Shown here piece by piece: positions 36,893-45,902 of a stretch of 64,000 nt of DNA. Each line of letters starts with the position of its first letter. Within the stretch, counting starts at the first letter, position 1. The position numbers and the translations under genes are program-made. Origin of the DNA: an uncultured Gemmatimonadales bacterium (lineage in GTDB: Bacteria > Gemmatimonadota > Gemmatimonadetes > Gemmatimonadales > GWC2-71-9); contig CAVSLV010000001.1 of assembly GCA_963728915.1 (NCBI GenBank), forward strand, positions 128,001 through 192,000. The letters are read 5' to 3'. The notes beneath the pieces are model-generated. The model did no database searches. It was not told where the DNA came from and was given only the letters and a program-made list of their open reading frames with translations.

Positions 36893-38574
36893 AGCCGCTG
36901 GTCCTGGCCGGCGCCCTGGTGACCCTGGCCGGTCCGCTGCTGGCCCAGGGCGCCGCCGAGCGTGCCCTCGAGCTGGAGCGGCGGGATCCGGCCGAAGCGG
37001 CGGTGGTGTGGCGCTCGGTGCTGACAGGCAAGCCGGCGGATCTGCAGGCCCTCATGGGCCTGGAGCGCGCCCTGACCCCACTGGGCCGAGTGCCCGAGAT
37101 GGTGGACGCGGTCCGCGCGGCTCTGGCGCGGGACAGCTCCGCTGGCGTGTTAGGGGTCGGGATCCGGGTCTGGTCGGCGGCCCGCCAGCCCGACAGTGCC
37201 CGGGCCCTGGCGCTGCGCTGGTCCGCCGAGGAGCCGGCCAGCGACATCCCGTTTCAGGAATGGGGGATTGCCGCCTACGGGGCGCGCGATCTCGAAACCG
37301 CTCGCGCGGCGTATCTCCTGGGGCGCGAACGGCTCGGTCCCAATGCGTTCGCTTCGGAGCTGGGCCGCGTCGCGATGATCGCGGGCGACTATCCCACTGC
37401 CGCGGTGGAATGGAGCCGCGCCGTCGCCGCCAGCAAGGATGCCCGGGGCGCGGCCCTGTCGACGCTCGCCCAGACGCCGGCGCCCAGTCGCGCCATGCTG
37501 CTCGCCGAGCTGGGCCGGACCGGTCCTGCCGGCGACCGGCTGGCGGCGGGACTCCTGGCGCGATGGGGCGAGCCGCTCGCCGCGGTGCGCCGCATCGAGG
37601 CCATCCCCGATGGATGGTCGGATCTGCTGGGCGATCTCGGACGAGGCGGACCGGAGCCGGAGACGGCGACCGCGCGGGCCCGGCTGCTCGAGCTCCTGGC
37701 CGGGCGGTCCTCCGGCGCCGAGCGGGGACAGTATCGGCTCGATGCGGCCCAGTCCTATGCCGAGGCGGGAGACACTGAAGCGGCGCGCCGGCTCCTGTCG
37801 ATGGTCGCGCGCGACTCCACCGCGCTGAGCGGCACCTCCCTCGCCGCCACGTCCCTCATCATCGGCGTGCTGGTCGAGGAAGGCGGGCTCGAAGCGGCGG
37901 ACCGCCGGTTCCGCGACCTGGCTCCCCAGCTCCAGGCGGAAGACCGGGATCGCCTCGCGCTGCGGCTCGCCGAAGGGTGGGCCCGAAAGGGCCGGCTGGG
38001 ACGGGCCGATACCCTGGTCGCCGCCGACAGCTCAGTCGAGGCGCTCGCGCTGCGAGGCCGGATCGCGCTGTACCGCGGCGATCTGGGCGGGGCGCGCGAG
38101 ATGCTGCGGGAGGCCGGCCCCTTCGCCGGGGACCGGGCCGATGCGACCCAGCGGATTGGCGTGTTAGGCCTTCTTCAGGTGATCCAGGCGGACACCCTGG
38201 AGGCCCTGGGCACCGCGTTGCTCCAGCTCGAGCAGGGGGACAGCGCGACCGCGGCTCATCAAATGGAGCAGGCGGCGGTGGGTCTGCCGCCCGACCATGG
38301 CGGCGCGGAGCTCCTCCTGTTCGCGGGGCAGATTCAGGCCGGGCTCAACCATCCGGTCGAGGCGGAGCGTCTCTTCCACGCGGTGGTCGAGCAGAATGTC
38401 GCCGCCAGCTCGGCGGCGGCGGAGTTTGCGCTGGCGGGTCTGCTGGTGAAACAGGGAAAGAGCGCCGAAGCGATCGCGGCTCTGGAGCACCTGCTGCTGA
38501 CCTGGCCCACCAGCGCGGTCGTGCCCCAGGCCCGCCGGCTCCGCGACGTCGCCCGGGGAGCGGTCCCCTCATGA
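36889..38574 (+). CDS. Secreted tetratricopeptide-repeat protein
   Basis: Start MKPLVLAG (ATG overlaps the upstream stop); Ala/Leu-rich helical repeats; C-terminal LL..WP.S....QAR. Confidence 0.75.
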   Translation: MKPLVLAGALVTLAGPLLAQGAAERALELERRDPAEAAVVWRSVLTGKPADLQALMGLERALTPLGRVPEMVDAVRAALARDSSAGVLGVGIRVWSAARQPDSARALALRWSAEEPASDIPFQEWGIAAYGARDLETARAAYLLGRERLGPNAFASELGRVAMIAGDYPTAAVEWSRAVAASKDARGAALSTLAQTPAPSRAMLLAELGRTGPAGDRLAAGLLARWGEPLAAVRRIEAIPDGWSDLLGDLGRGGPEPETATARARLLELLAGRSSGAERGQYRLDAAQSYAEAGDTEAARRLLSMVARDSTALSGTSLAATSLIIGVLVEEGGLEAADRRFRDLAPQLQAEDRDRLALRLAEGWARKGRLGRADTLVAADSSVEALALRGRIALYRGDLGGAREMLREAGPFAGDRADATQRIGVLGLLQVIQADTLEALGTALLQLEQGDSATAAHQMEQAAVGLPPDHGGAELLLFAGQIQAGLNHPVEAERLFHAVVEQNVAASSAAAEFALAGLLVKQGKSAEAIAALEHLLLTWPTSAVVPQARRLRDVARGAVPS

Positions 38575-39851
38575 GGCGGCGCGACTTTCTCGGGGCCCTG
38601 GCCGGCGGCGCAGCGGCCGCCCGGCTCGACGGCTGGCGACTCCCCGCCGCGGGCTGGTTTCTGATTCCGATGGATGACAGCCAGGCGGATCACCTCAAGG
38701 CCTACGGCGTGACCTACCGGGTGCTGGAGCGGGGTGGCCGGGCTGAATGGCTGCTCAACTATCGGGCTGGCTCGTTTCTCCTGCCCGGCGACCCCGCCAT
38801 CCTGCGCGATGCGACGCTGGCCGGCGTCACCATCGCCCCGGTGGATGATGGAACCGTCGCCCAGCTCCGGGCCGAGATCGCCCAATCCAACATGGACGCG
38901 GTGCCGCTCGAAAAAGCGCCCAAGGTGGCGGTGTACGTCGCGCCCAACGCCGCGCCCTGGGATGATGCGGTTTCGATGGCCCTCCAGTACGCCGGCATCG
39001 GATACGAGAAGATCTGGGATACCGAGGTGATGGGGGAGCAGCTCAAGCGATTCGACTGGCTCCACCTGCATCACGAGGACTTCACCGGTCAGTACTCGAA
39101 ATTCTATCTGAGCTATGCCGGCGCGCCCTGGCTCCAGGAGATGGTGGACCGGAACCAGCGGATGGCCCGCCAGCTGGGCTTCCCCAGCGTGCCGGCGGTC
39201 AAGAAAGCGGTGGCCCGCACGATCGCGGGTTATGTGGAGCGCGGCGGGTTTCTGTTCGCCATGTGCACCGCCACCGAAACGCTCGACCTGGCCCTGGCGA
39301 GCGAGGGGGTGGACATCGCGGCGGCGTTCGCCGACGGGACGCCCATGGACCCGGACGCGGCGGACAAGATGCACTGGGACAAGGCCCTGGCGTTCACCGG
39401 GGCCCGGCTCGAGCTGTCGCCGTCGATCCCGGCCTACTCGGACATCGACGGTCACCAGGTGAACTCACCCGACCGCCGGCAGCCGCTCGGCGCGTTCAGC
39501 CTGTTCAACTTCAGCGCCAAGATCGATCCGGTCCCCACCATGCTGGTGCAGTGCCATCGCCAGGTGATTCCCGATTTCTACGGGCTCACCACCTCATTCG
39601 CGCGGGACCGCCTCAAGCCGACAGTCACCGTGCTCGCCGAGGAGAGCGGGGCGCCGTGGGTCAAGTACATCCATGGCGAGCGGGGCCAGGGCACCTGGAC
39701 CTTTTTCGGCGGGCACGATCCCGAGGATCCCCAGCACCAGGTGGGAGACTCCCCGACGGATCTTTCCACCAAGACCCACTCGCCCGGCTACCGGCTGATC
39801 CTCAATAACGTGCTGTTTCCCGCCGCCAAGAAGAAGCAGCTCAAGACATGA
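38571..39851 (+). CDS. Tat-exported conserved protein with class I GATase-like features
   Basis: MRRRDFLG Tat motif; LIPMD..Q.DHLKAYG, WLLNYR.GSF, WLHLHHEDFTGQY, FAMC, GHDPED, SPGYRLILNN. Confidence 0.75.
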   Translation: MRRRDFLGALAGGAAAARLDGWRLPAAGWFLIPMDDSQADHLKAYGVTYRVLERGGRAEWLLNYRAGSFLLPGDPAILRDATLAGVTIAPVDDGTVAQLRAEIAQSNMDAVPLEKAPKVAVYVAPNAAPWDDAVSMALQYAGIGYEKIWDTEVMGEQLKRFDWLHLHHEDFTGQYSKFYLSYAGAPWLQEMVDRNQRMARQLGFPSVPAVKKAVARTIAGYVERGGFLFAMCTATETLDLALASEGVDIAAAFADGTPMDPDAADKMHWDKALAFTGARLELSPSIPAYSDIDGHQVNSPDRRQPLGAFSLFNFSAKIDPVPTMLVQCHRQVIPDFYGLTTSFARDRLKPTVTVLAEESGAPWVKYIHGERGQGTWTFFGGHDPEDPQHQVGDSPTDLSTKTHSPGYRLILNNVLFPAAKKKQLKT

Positions 39852-41638
39852 GGCGGATTTCCCCCAGGTGGAATGTGCTCGCGGAGCGGAGCCCCTTCGG
39901 CCTGGTGGTGGTGGTGGCCGCGGCGCTGGTGACAGGGATCCTGTCTCCGCTTCGCTTGTTCACGGGATCGAGCAACGCGGCGCTCCACCTGCCGGTTCTC
40001 TCCCCGGCGGGCTCGGCGCTGGAATGGACCACGGACGCCCAGGGTCCCGCAGCGACCCAGGCCGACGCCGTGACCGGCCTGCTTCGGCTGCTCGGAATCC
40101 TGGGCTGGGTGGGATTCGCCATCGGGGCCCTGACCATATTCGCCTGCTACGCCGCTCAGGCCTCCGAGCGCGCCGCCGAGATCGGAGTGCGCCGGGCTAT
40201 CGGAGCGCCGCTCCGCCGGCTGGTGATCTGGGCGCTTCTCGAGGCGGCGATGCTCGCCGCGATCGCCCTCGCCTGCGGCGTGGCGATCGGGTCGGCGGGC
40301 CTGTCGGTCGCGAAGGCCGCCTGGCCGGGTTATGTGGACCGCTTCGGGCAGCTCGGGGTGGGACCCGCCGCGGCCATCAGCGCGGTCCTGGGAGCGGCCT
40401 GTCTGATCCCGTTCTGGCTGGCGCGATCCCGGCGGCTCGCTCAGGACCAGGACGCCCAGGTGGGGCTCCGGATTCCCACGGTGCAGATCGCGGTGAGCAT
40501 CGCCCTGCTGATGGGGTCGGCCGGCCTCATCGGGAAGGCGGCCTCCCCTCGGGGGTCCGGCGTCGTCGTCCGGGCCGGAGGGGGAGTAATCGCCCACGTG
40601 GATTCGGGCCTTTCGGACCCGGCCATGCGCCGGTCCCGATATGCCGCGTTACTGACCCGGGCCTCCCGGAACGAGACCGGTGTTCTTCTCAGCCTGACGA
40701 CGCCCGGGGCCGCCTTCGGGTTAGGAACGGTTACCGAGATCACGACGGATTGTGGCAGTTGTCTGTTTGGGGGAATTGGCCTTCGGTGGCCACACTTCCG
40801 GGTCGTGGCACACAGTGTGAGCCCCGATTCCTTCCGGATTCTTGGGGTGCGGGTTGTCGAGGGTCGTGGCATCGCCCTGACCGATCTGGAAGGCTCGGAA
40901 CCGGTCGCCGTGGTCAACCGGGTGCTGGCGCGCCGGTATTTCCAGGGTGGACAGGCAATCGGCAGAGTCCTCTATCTCGGCGCCGGCAGCATGAATCGGC
41001 CCTATCGAGTGATCGGAGTGGTCGAGGATGAAGCGCCCTGGGTTCTGGGCGGCTCGCGGCAACCGCTGGAGACCCTGTATTTGAGCATCCTTCAGCACGC
41101 TTCGCGGGAGGTGGAAATCCTGGCTCGTCCCGGCTCCGGAATTGGATCCGCCCGGGCAACGGTCTTGCAATCGATCGCAGAGCTTGGTCCCACCGCGACA
41201 CTTCGACGGATCGCCGGCGAATCCGCTGCTCTCCAGGGTCAGGTGGCCGCCGTCCGCTGGTTTGGCTGGGCCTTCCGCCTGATCGCGAGCGCCGTGCTGC
41301 TCATCGCGCTGGCGGGAGTGATTCTCTCGGTGCGGCGCTGGGCCGAGTCGGTCGCCTGGGAGATCGCGCTCCGGCGCTCCATAGGAGCGCGGCGCTTCCG
41401 ACTCGCCGGGTCCATCGTGCTCAAGGTGGCCGGGATGGCCTGTGGTGGAGGGATCCTGGGCGTTTTTCTGTACCAACAGGTTGTGGCGGCCGCGCTGGCT
41501 GATTCCTTGTCCATTCCGCCGCTGGTCTCGCCCAATATGTTCATCACTGTGGCGCTTCCGGTGCTCCTCGCGGCTGTGCTCGGCTCGATCCCCGCCTTTG
41601 GAATCCTCTATCGTCCGCCCGCGACGATGCTTCGCTAG
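39848..41638 (+). CDS. FtsX/MacB-like ABC transporter permease
   Basis: ER..EIGVRRAIGA and EIALRRSIGA; periplasmic VSPD.F..LG...GR, VAVVN. Confidence 0.8.
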   Translation: MRRISPRWNVLAERSPFGLVVVVAAALVTGILSPLRLFTGSSNAALHLPVLSPAGSALEWTTDAQGPAATQADAVTGLLRLLGILGWVGFAIGALTIFACYAAQASERAAEIGVRRAIGAPLRRLVIWALLEAAMLAAIALACGVAIGSAGLSVAKAAWPGYVDRFGQLGVGPAAAISAVLGAACLIPFWLARSRRLAQDQDAQVGLRIPTVQIAVSIALLMGSAGLIGKAASPRGSGVVVRAGGGVIAHVDSGLSDPAMRRSRYAALLTRASRNETGVLLSLTTPGAAFGLGTVTEITTDCGSCLFGGIGLRWPHFRVVAHSVSPDSFRILGVRVVEGRGIALTDLEGSEPVAVVNRVLARRYFQGGQAIGRVLYLGAGSMNRPYRVIGVVEDEAPWVLGGSRQPLETLYLSILQHASREVEILARPGSGIGSARATVLQSIAELGPTATLRRIAGESAALQGQVAAVRWFGWAFRLIASAVLLIALAGVILSVRRWAESVAWEIALRRSIGARRFRLAGSIVLKVAGMACGGGILGVFLYQQVVAAALADSLSIPPLVSPNMFITVALPVLLAAVLGSIPAFGILYRPPATMLR

Positions 41639-41712
41639 CCGTTCCGGCTGGGCAACCGAGGCAGACTCGTCCCGACCGGCGCCAGTCCGCGGTTAGCTTT
41701 CACTCCTTCCCC

Positions 41713-44223
41713 ATGTCCGATGAACGATTGCACCCCGGCGTCCGCCAGCTTCTGGCGCAGGAAATCGCCCGGGCTCGGGGCCGGGAGGTCTGCTTCGTCG
41801 GGACGGTGGACGAGGCCGGCGTCATCACCCAGGCCAGGGCGGTCGCGCGAGGGACCGTAGACCAGGTGCTGGCCTTGCCGGGGGCGGCCTCCCGCGGCGA
41901 AATCGTCCTCCACAATCATCCCGGCGGCGACCTGGAGCCTTCGGTCGCTGATCTCACGGTCGCTGCCCGCCTCCATGACGGCGGAATCGGCTTCGGAATC
42001 GTCAACAACGACGCCACCGAGCTCTACATCGTGGTCGAGGTCCCCAGAGCTCCGCGGCAGGAGCGGCTCGACTCGCTCGAAATGGCCAACCTGTTAGGAC
42101 CTCGCGGCCCCATCGCGACGCGTCTGGGCACTGAGAACTTCGAAGACCGTCAGGGCCAGCGTGACATGGCCGCGCACGTCGCGGATGCCTACAACGATGG
42201 CGGGGTCGTCCTGCTCGAAGCGGGCACCGGGATCGGGAAGTCGTTCGCCTACCTGGTGCCGGCCCTCGCCTGGGCCAGGAAGAACAAGGAACGCACCGTC
42301 GTCTCGACCAACACCATCAATCTCCAGGAACAGCTGGTCGGGAAGGACCTGCCGCTGCTCCGCGATGCCCTGGAGGACGAGAGCCACACTCCGACGTTTG
42401 CGCTTCTCAAGGGCTGGCACAATTACCTCTGCCTGGCCCGACTCCATTCCGCGATGGCGGGCCAGCAGACCCTGTTCGAGCCGGCTCGGCAGGAGGAGCT
42501 GGTGGCTCTGGGAGAGTGGGCGAGCCGCACCGCCGACGGCACGCTGGGGGACCTCGCGGTGGCGCCGAGTGGCGAGGTCTGGGACGAGGTCGCGGCGGAG
42601 CCGGATCTCTGTACCCGGATCCGGTGTCCCCACTTCGATCGCTGCTTCCTGTTCCGGGCCCGACGGGCCGCTGCCGAAGCCGATGTCGTCGTGGTGAATC
42701 ATCACCTGCTCGCCGCCGACCTCGCGATCCGGAGCGCGCAGGACAACTGGGAAGAAGCCGCGGTGCTGCCGCCGTATCAGCGGCTGGTGCTGGACGAGGC
42801 CCATCACCTGGAGGATGTCGCGGCGTCGCACCTGGGCGTGCAGGTCAGCAGCCGGGCGGTGCGGCGGCTGCTCGCCCGATTCGAGCGGAGCGGGAAGGGC
42901 CTGCTTCCCTCGCTTGCGCACGAGCTCATGGGGCAGGGCGATCTCCTGAGCCGGGCCAGCCTGGATCTCATGAGCGCGCGACTCCTGCCGGCCATCGCCG
43001 ACGCCCGGCGGTTCTCGGAAGCGCTGTTCCGGCGCCTGCTCGCCCTGCTCGAGGCGCAGCAATCTCCCTTCCGGCTCGACGCTGATTTCGCCCGCGCACC
43101 GGTCTGGGCCGACGGACTCGGCGCCGAGCTGGATAGTGCGCTGGCCCAGTTCGACCGGATCCGCGACGACATCGAAACGATCGCGGACCGGTTGAGCCAG
43201 GCCGAGCTGACCGAGCGACGGCAACAGCTCCTGGGCGAGCTGCGCGGCGTGGTTCGGCGACTCGAGGCGATTCGCGACGGGCTCAATCGGGCCCTCCGGC
43301 CGCCCCCGGGGGGGCCGCCGACGGTGCGCTGGATCGAGCGCAGTGGAACCAAAGGCGATCAGGTGGCCCTCGCCGCGGTTCCCCTCGACCTTGCCCCGCT
43401 GCTTCGCGAGCTGCTGTTCGACCGGGTCACCACGGTCACCCTGACCAGCGCCACTCTGGCGGCGGGGGGCGAATTCGACTTTCTGGAGTCCCGGGTCGGG
43501 CTGGCGCGGGATCCTAACCCGGTCACCGTGCGGGAGATTCTGCCTTCGCCGTTCAATTATCCGGAGCAATGTCTCTTCGGAGTTCCCAGCGACCTCGCCG
43601 ACCCGCGGGAGAACGAGGCGGGGCACGAAGCGGGCATCGTGCAGGTGCTGACCGAGCTCATGTGGGCTTCCGATGGCGGGGCCTTCGCGCTGTTCACCAG
43701 CCACCGCTCCCTGCGCCGGGTGGCGGCGGAGCTCAAGGGCACCCTGCCACCCCGCTGGCCGATCCTGGTGCAGGGCGAACAGCCTCGCGATCAGCTGCTC
43801 CGCCGGTTTCGTGAAGCCGGCAACGCGCTTCTGCTCGGGACCGATTCGTTCTGGGAAGGCGTTGATGTCCCGGGGCGCGCGCTCCGGGTCCTGCTCCTCT
43901 GCAAGCTACCTTTCAAGGTTCCCTCGGAGCCGCTGACCGCGGCCCGGCTCGAGCGCCTCGCCGAGCAGGGAGAAGACGGGTTCATGGGCTACCTGCTCCC
44001 CCATGCGGCGCTCAAACTCAAGCAGGGTTTCGGCCGGCTGATCCGGAGCCGGACCGATGTGGGCGTGGTGCTGCTGTGCGACCGGAGGGTGCTCTCGAAA
44101 CGGTACGGCCCCCTGGTCCTTTCCGGGCTCCCGCGTGCCGAGCGGGTGGTCGGTACCTGGGCCGAAGTACGAACCAAGTGCGAGGACTTTTTTGCCCGCC
44201 ATGGCATCGGAGCGAGCGTGTAG
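41713..44223 (+). CDS. DinG/YoaA-family helicase with N-terminal JAB/RadC-like domain
   Basis: HNHPGG..EPS.AD; EAGTGIGKS; Fe-S cysteines; DEAHHL; TSATL; SFWEGVD; QGFGRLIR. Confidence 0.92.
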   Translation: MSDERLHPGVRQLLAQEIARARGREVCFVGTVDEAGVITQARAVARGTVDQVLALPGAASRGEIVLHNHPGGDLEPSVADLTVAARLHDGGIGFGIVNNDATELYIVVEVPRAPRQERLDSLEMANLLGPRGPIATRLGTENFEDRQGQRDMAAHVADAYNDGGVVLLEAGTGIGKSFAYLVPALAWARKNKERTVVSTNTINLQEQLVGKDLPLLRDALEDESHTPTFALLKGWHNYLCLARLHSAMAGQQTLFEPARQEELVALGEWASRTADGTLGDLAVAPSGEVWDEVAAEPDLCTRIRCPHFDRCFLFRARRAAAEADVVVVNHHLLAADLAIRSAQDNWEEAAVLPPYQRLVLDEAHHLEDVAASHLGVQVSSRAVRRLLARFERSGKGLLPSLAHELMGQGDLLSRASLDLMSARLLPAIADARRFSEALFRRLLALLEAQQSPFRLDADFARAPVWADGLGAELDSALAQFDRIRDDIETIADRLSQAELTERRQQLLGELRGVVRRLEAIRDGLNRALRPPPGGPPTVRWIERSGTKGDQVALAAVPLDLAPLLRELLFDRVTTVTLTSATLAAGGEFDFLESRVGLARDPNPVTVREILPSPFNYPEQCLFGVPSDLADPRENEAGHEAGIVQVLTELMWASDGGAFALFTSHRSLRRVAAELKGTLPPRWPILVQGEQPRDQLLRRFREAGNALLLGTDSFWEGVDVPGRALRVLLLCKLPFKVPSEPLTAARLERLAEQGEDGFMGYLLPHAALKLKQGFGRLIRSRTDVGVVLLCDRRVLSKRYGPLVLSGLPRAERVVGTWAEVRTKCEDFFARHGIGASV

Positions 44224-44874
44224 ATGAGCCGCATTCTGGCATCACCGTCGAAGATCGTGTGCGTGGGCCGGAACTACGTCGATCACGCCCGAGAGCTGGG
44301 GAACGATGTTCCCAAGGAGCCGCTCCTCTTTCTCAAGGCTCCGACGACCCTCATCGGGCCGGGCGAAGCGATCGTGCTGCCGCCCCAGTCGAAGCAGGTC
44401 GAGCACGAGGCGGAAATCGGAGTCGTGGTCGGGAAGCGCCTGTCCCACGTGAACCTGGTCGAGGCCGAGCGGGGGATCGAGGGGTACTTGTGTCTCAATG
44501 ACGTGACGGCGCGCGACCTGCAGCGCTCCGACGGCCAGTGGACCCGGGCCAAGGGCTTCGACACCTTCTGCCCGGTAGGTCCCCGGATTGCCAAGGGCCT
44601 CCACTGGAACGACCTGGAGGTCGTAGGGAGGGTGAATGGGGTGGAGCGTCAGCGGGCCAATACGAGCCAGATGGTGTTCTCGATTCCGGCCATCCTGTCC
44701 TACATCAGCGGCATCATGACTCTCTTGCCCGGTGACCTGGTGGCGACCGGAACGCCGGCGGGCGTGGGACCCCTGGTCCCGGGCGACGTCGTGGAGGTCG
44801 AAGTGACTGGTGTGGGCGTGTTGCGGAATCCAGTGAAGGCCTTCGAGGGAGCCGGGAGTGGCGAAGCCTCCTGA
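44224..44874 (+). CDS. Fumarylacetoacetate hydrolase family protein
   Basis: KIVCVGRNY..H, EHEAE, NDVTARDLQ, AKGFDTFCPVGP, TGTPAGVG. Confidence 0.95.
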   Translation: MSRILASPSKIVCVGRNYVDHARELGNDVPKEPLLFLKAPTTLIGPGEAIVLPPQSKQVEHEAEIGVVVGKRLSHVNLVEAERGIEGYLCLNDVTARDLQRSDGQWTRAKGFDTFCPVGPRIAKGLHWNDLEVVGRVNGVERQRANTSQMVFSIPAILSYISGIMTLLPGDLVATGTPAGVGPLVPGDVVEVEVTGVGVLRNPVKAFEGAGSGEAS

Positions 44875-45781
44875 GCTCTGGCTTCCTCGCGGGCCGCGAT
44901 GGCCGAATTGGGCCATTGCGGTCAGCCTGGGCCTTCATGCGCTCCTGTTCCTGATCAAGGTGAAGCCGTGGCTGGTTGTCACGGAGCGGCCGGTCATTCA
45001 GATCGCGCTGACTCCTCCCGGGGCTCTGGCGGTGGGACAACCCGAGATTCGCTACGAGGTGCAGGGCGGGCGTCCGCCCTCGCGCCGCGGTCCCGCCACG
45101 GTCCCGGCGCCGAGAGAGAATCCGGTGCCCGAGCTGCCCCAACCCAAGCCGGAACCGGAGCAGGTGCATCCGGCAGAACCGCTGCCTTTCGTCACCACGC
45201 CTCTGGCGGTCCCGCCGACGGCCGACAGCGGCCGGGGCAAGGCGGTCGCGGGGAACCCGGGTTATCGCATCGGTCCAGCCCTGGGCGAAGGCAAACTCTG
45301 GGTGCAACCTCTCCCCGCTGCGCCGCGCGAGATCGCCGAGGCCCTCAACAAGAGCCATATCGAGCTGGTCGACAGTGCGGTCAGCGCCATCGTCCAGGCC
45401 TATATCGATTCCGTGCTCAACGCGCCGACCGACGCTGGCGCCACGCCCCCCAGCTGGACGACCAAGATTTTCGGGAAGACCTTCGGCATCGACAGCAAGT
45501 ACATCTACCTGGGCGGGCTCAAGATCCCGAGCGCGATCCTGGCGTTCCTGCCGATCAACGGTGGCGGGATGACGATGGAGTACAGCCAGGCATCCCGGAT
45601 GGCGGCGATTCACGCTGATCTGATGTATGCGTCGCAGCGGGCGGCGACGATGGACGACTTCAAGCGGGCGGTGCGGGAGCTGCGCGCCGAGCGGGAGCGC
45701 CAGCGGGAGCTGGATCGGAACCAGCGCCAGCCTGCCGACACGAGTCAGAAGAAGAAGCCGATTCCGCCCAAAATTCCCTAG
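44858..45781 (+). CDS. Hypothetical membrane-anchored Pro-rich protein
   Basis: TonB-like anchor AVSLGLHALL followed by a Pro-rich linker. Confidence 0.7.
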   Translation: MAKPPELWLPRGPRWPNWAIAVSLGLHALLFLIKVKPWLVVTERPVIQIALTPPGALAVGQPEIRYEVQGGRPPSRRGPATVPAPRENPVPELPQPKPEPEQVHPAEPLPFVTTPLAVPPTADSGRGKAVAGNPGYRIGPALGEGKLWVQPLPAAPREIAEALNKSHIELVDSAVSAIVQAYIDSVLNAPTDAGATPPSWTTKIFGKTFGIDSKYIYLGGLKIPSAILAFLPINGGGMTMEYSQASRMAAIHADLMYASQRAATMDDFKRAVRELRAERERQRELDRNQRQPADTSQKKKPIPPKIP

Positions 45782-45888
45782 CGCTTGACGGGTTCCACCT
45801 CCGAGCGCGGCAGTTCGCGTTTCCCACGCAAATCCTGCTGAAACGGCCGCTCACTGGGGGCGCTCGTCGGTGGAACCGGTCTTCGCGC
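45781..45888. other. Long imperfect hairpin between convergent genes
   Basis: Nested complementary arms GGTTCCACC/GGTGGAACC, CGAGCGC/GCGCTCG, CAGT/ACTG and CGTTTC/GAAACG. Confidence 0.65.
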
Positions 45889-45902
45889 TGGCGTTCTGAT
45901 TT

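Noticed and set aside
38571..39851. Possible lasso cyclase (asparagine-synthetase-like) partner for the RRE cassette
   Set aside because: No SGGLDS PP-loop motif; it has a Tat signal and is coupled to a different operon.
45781..45888. SRP (4.5S) RNA or 6S RNA
   Set aside because: The SRP domain IV motif is absent on both strands and the element is too short for 6S; kept only as an unexplained hairpin.
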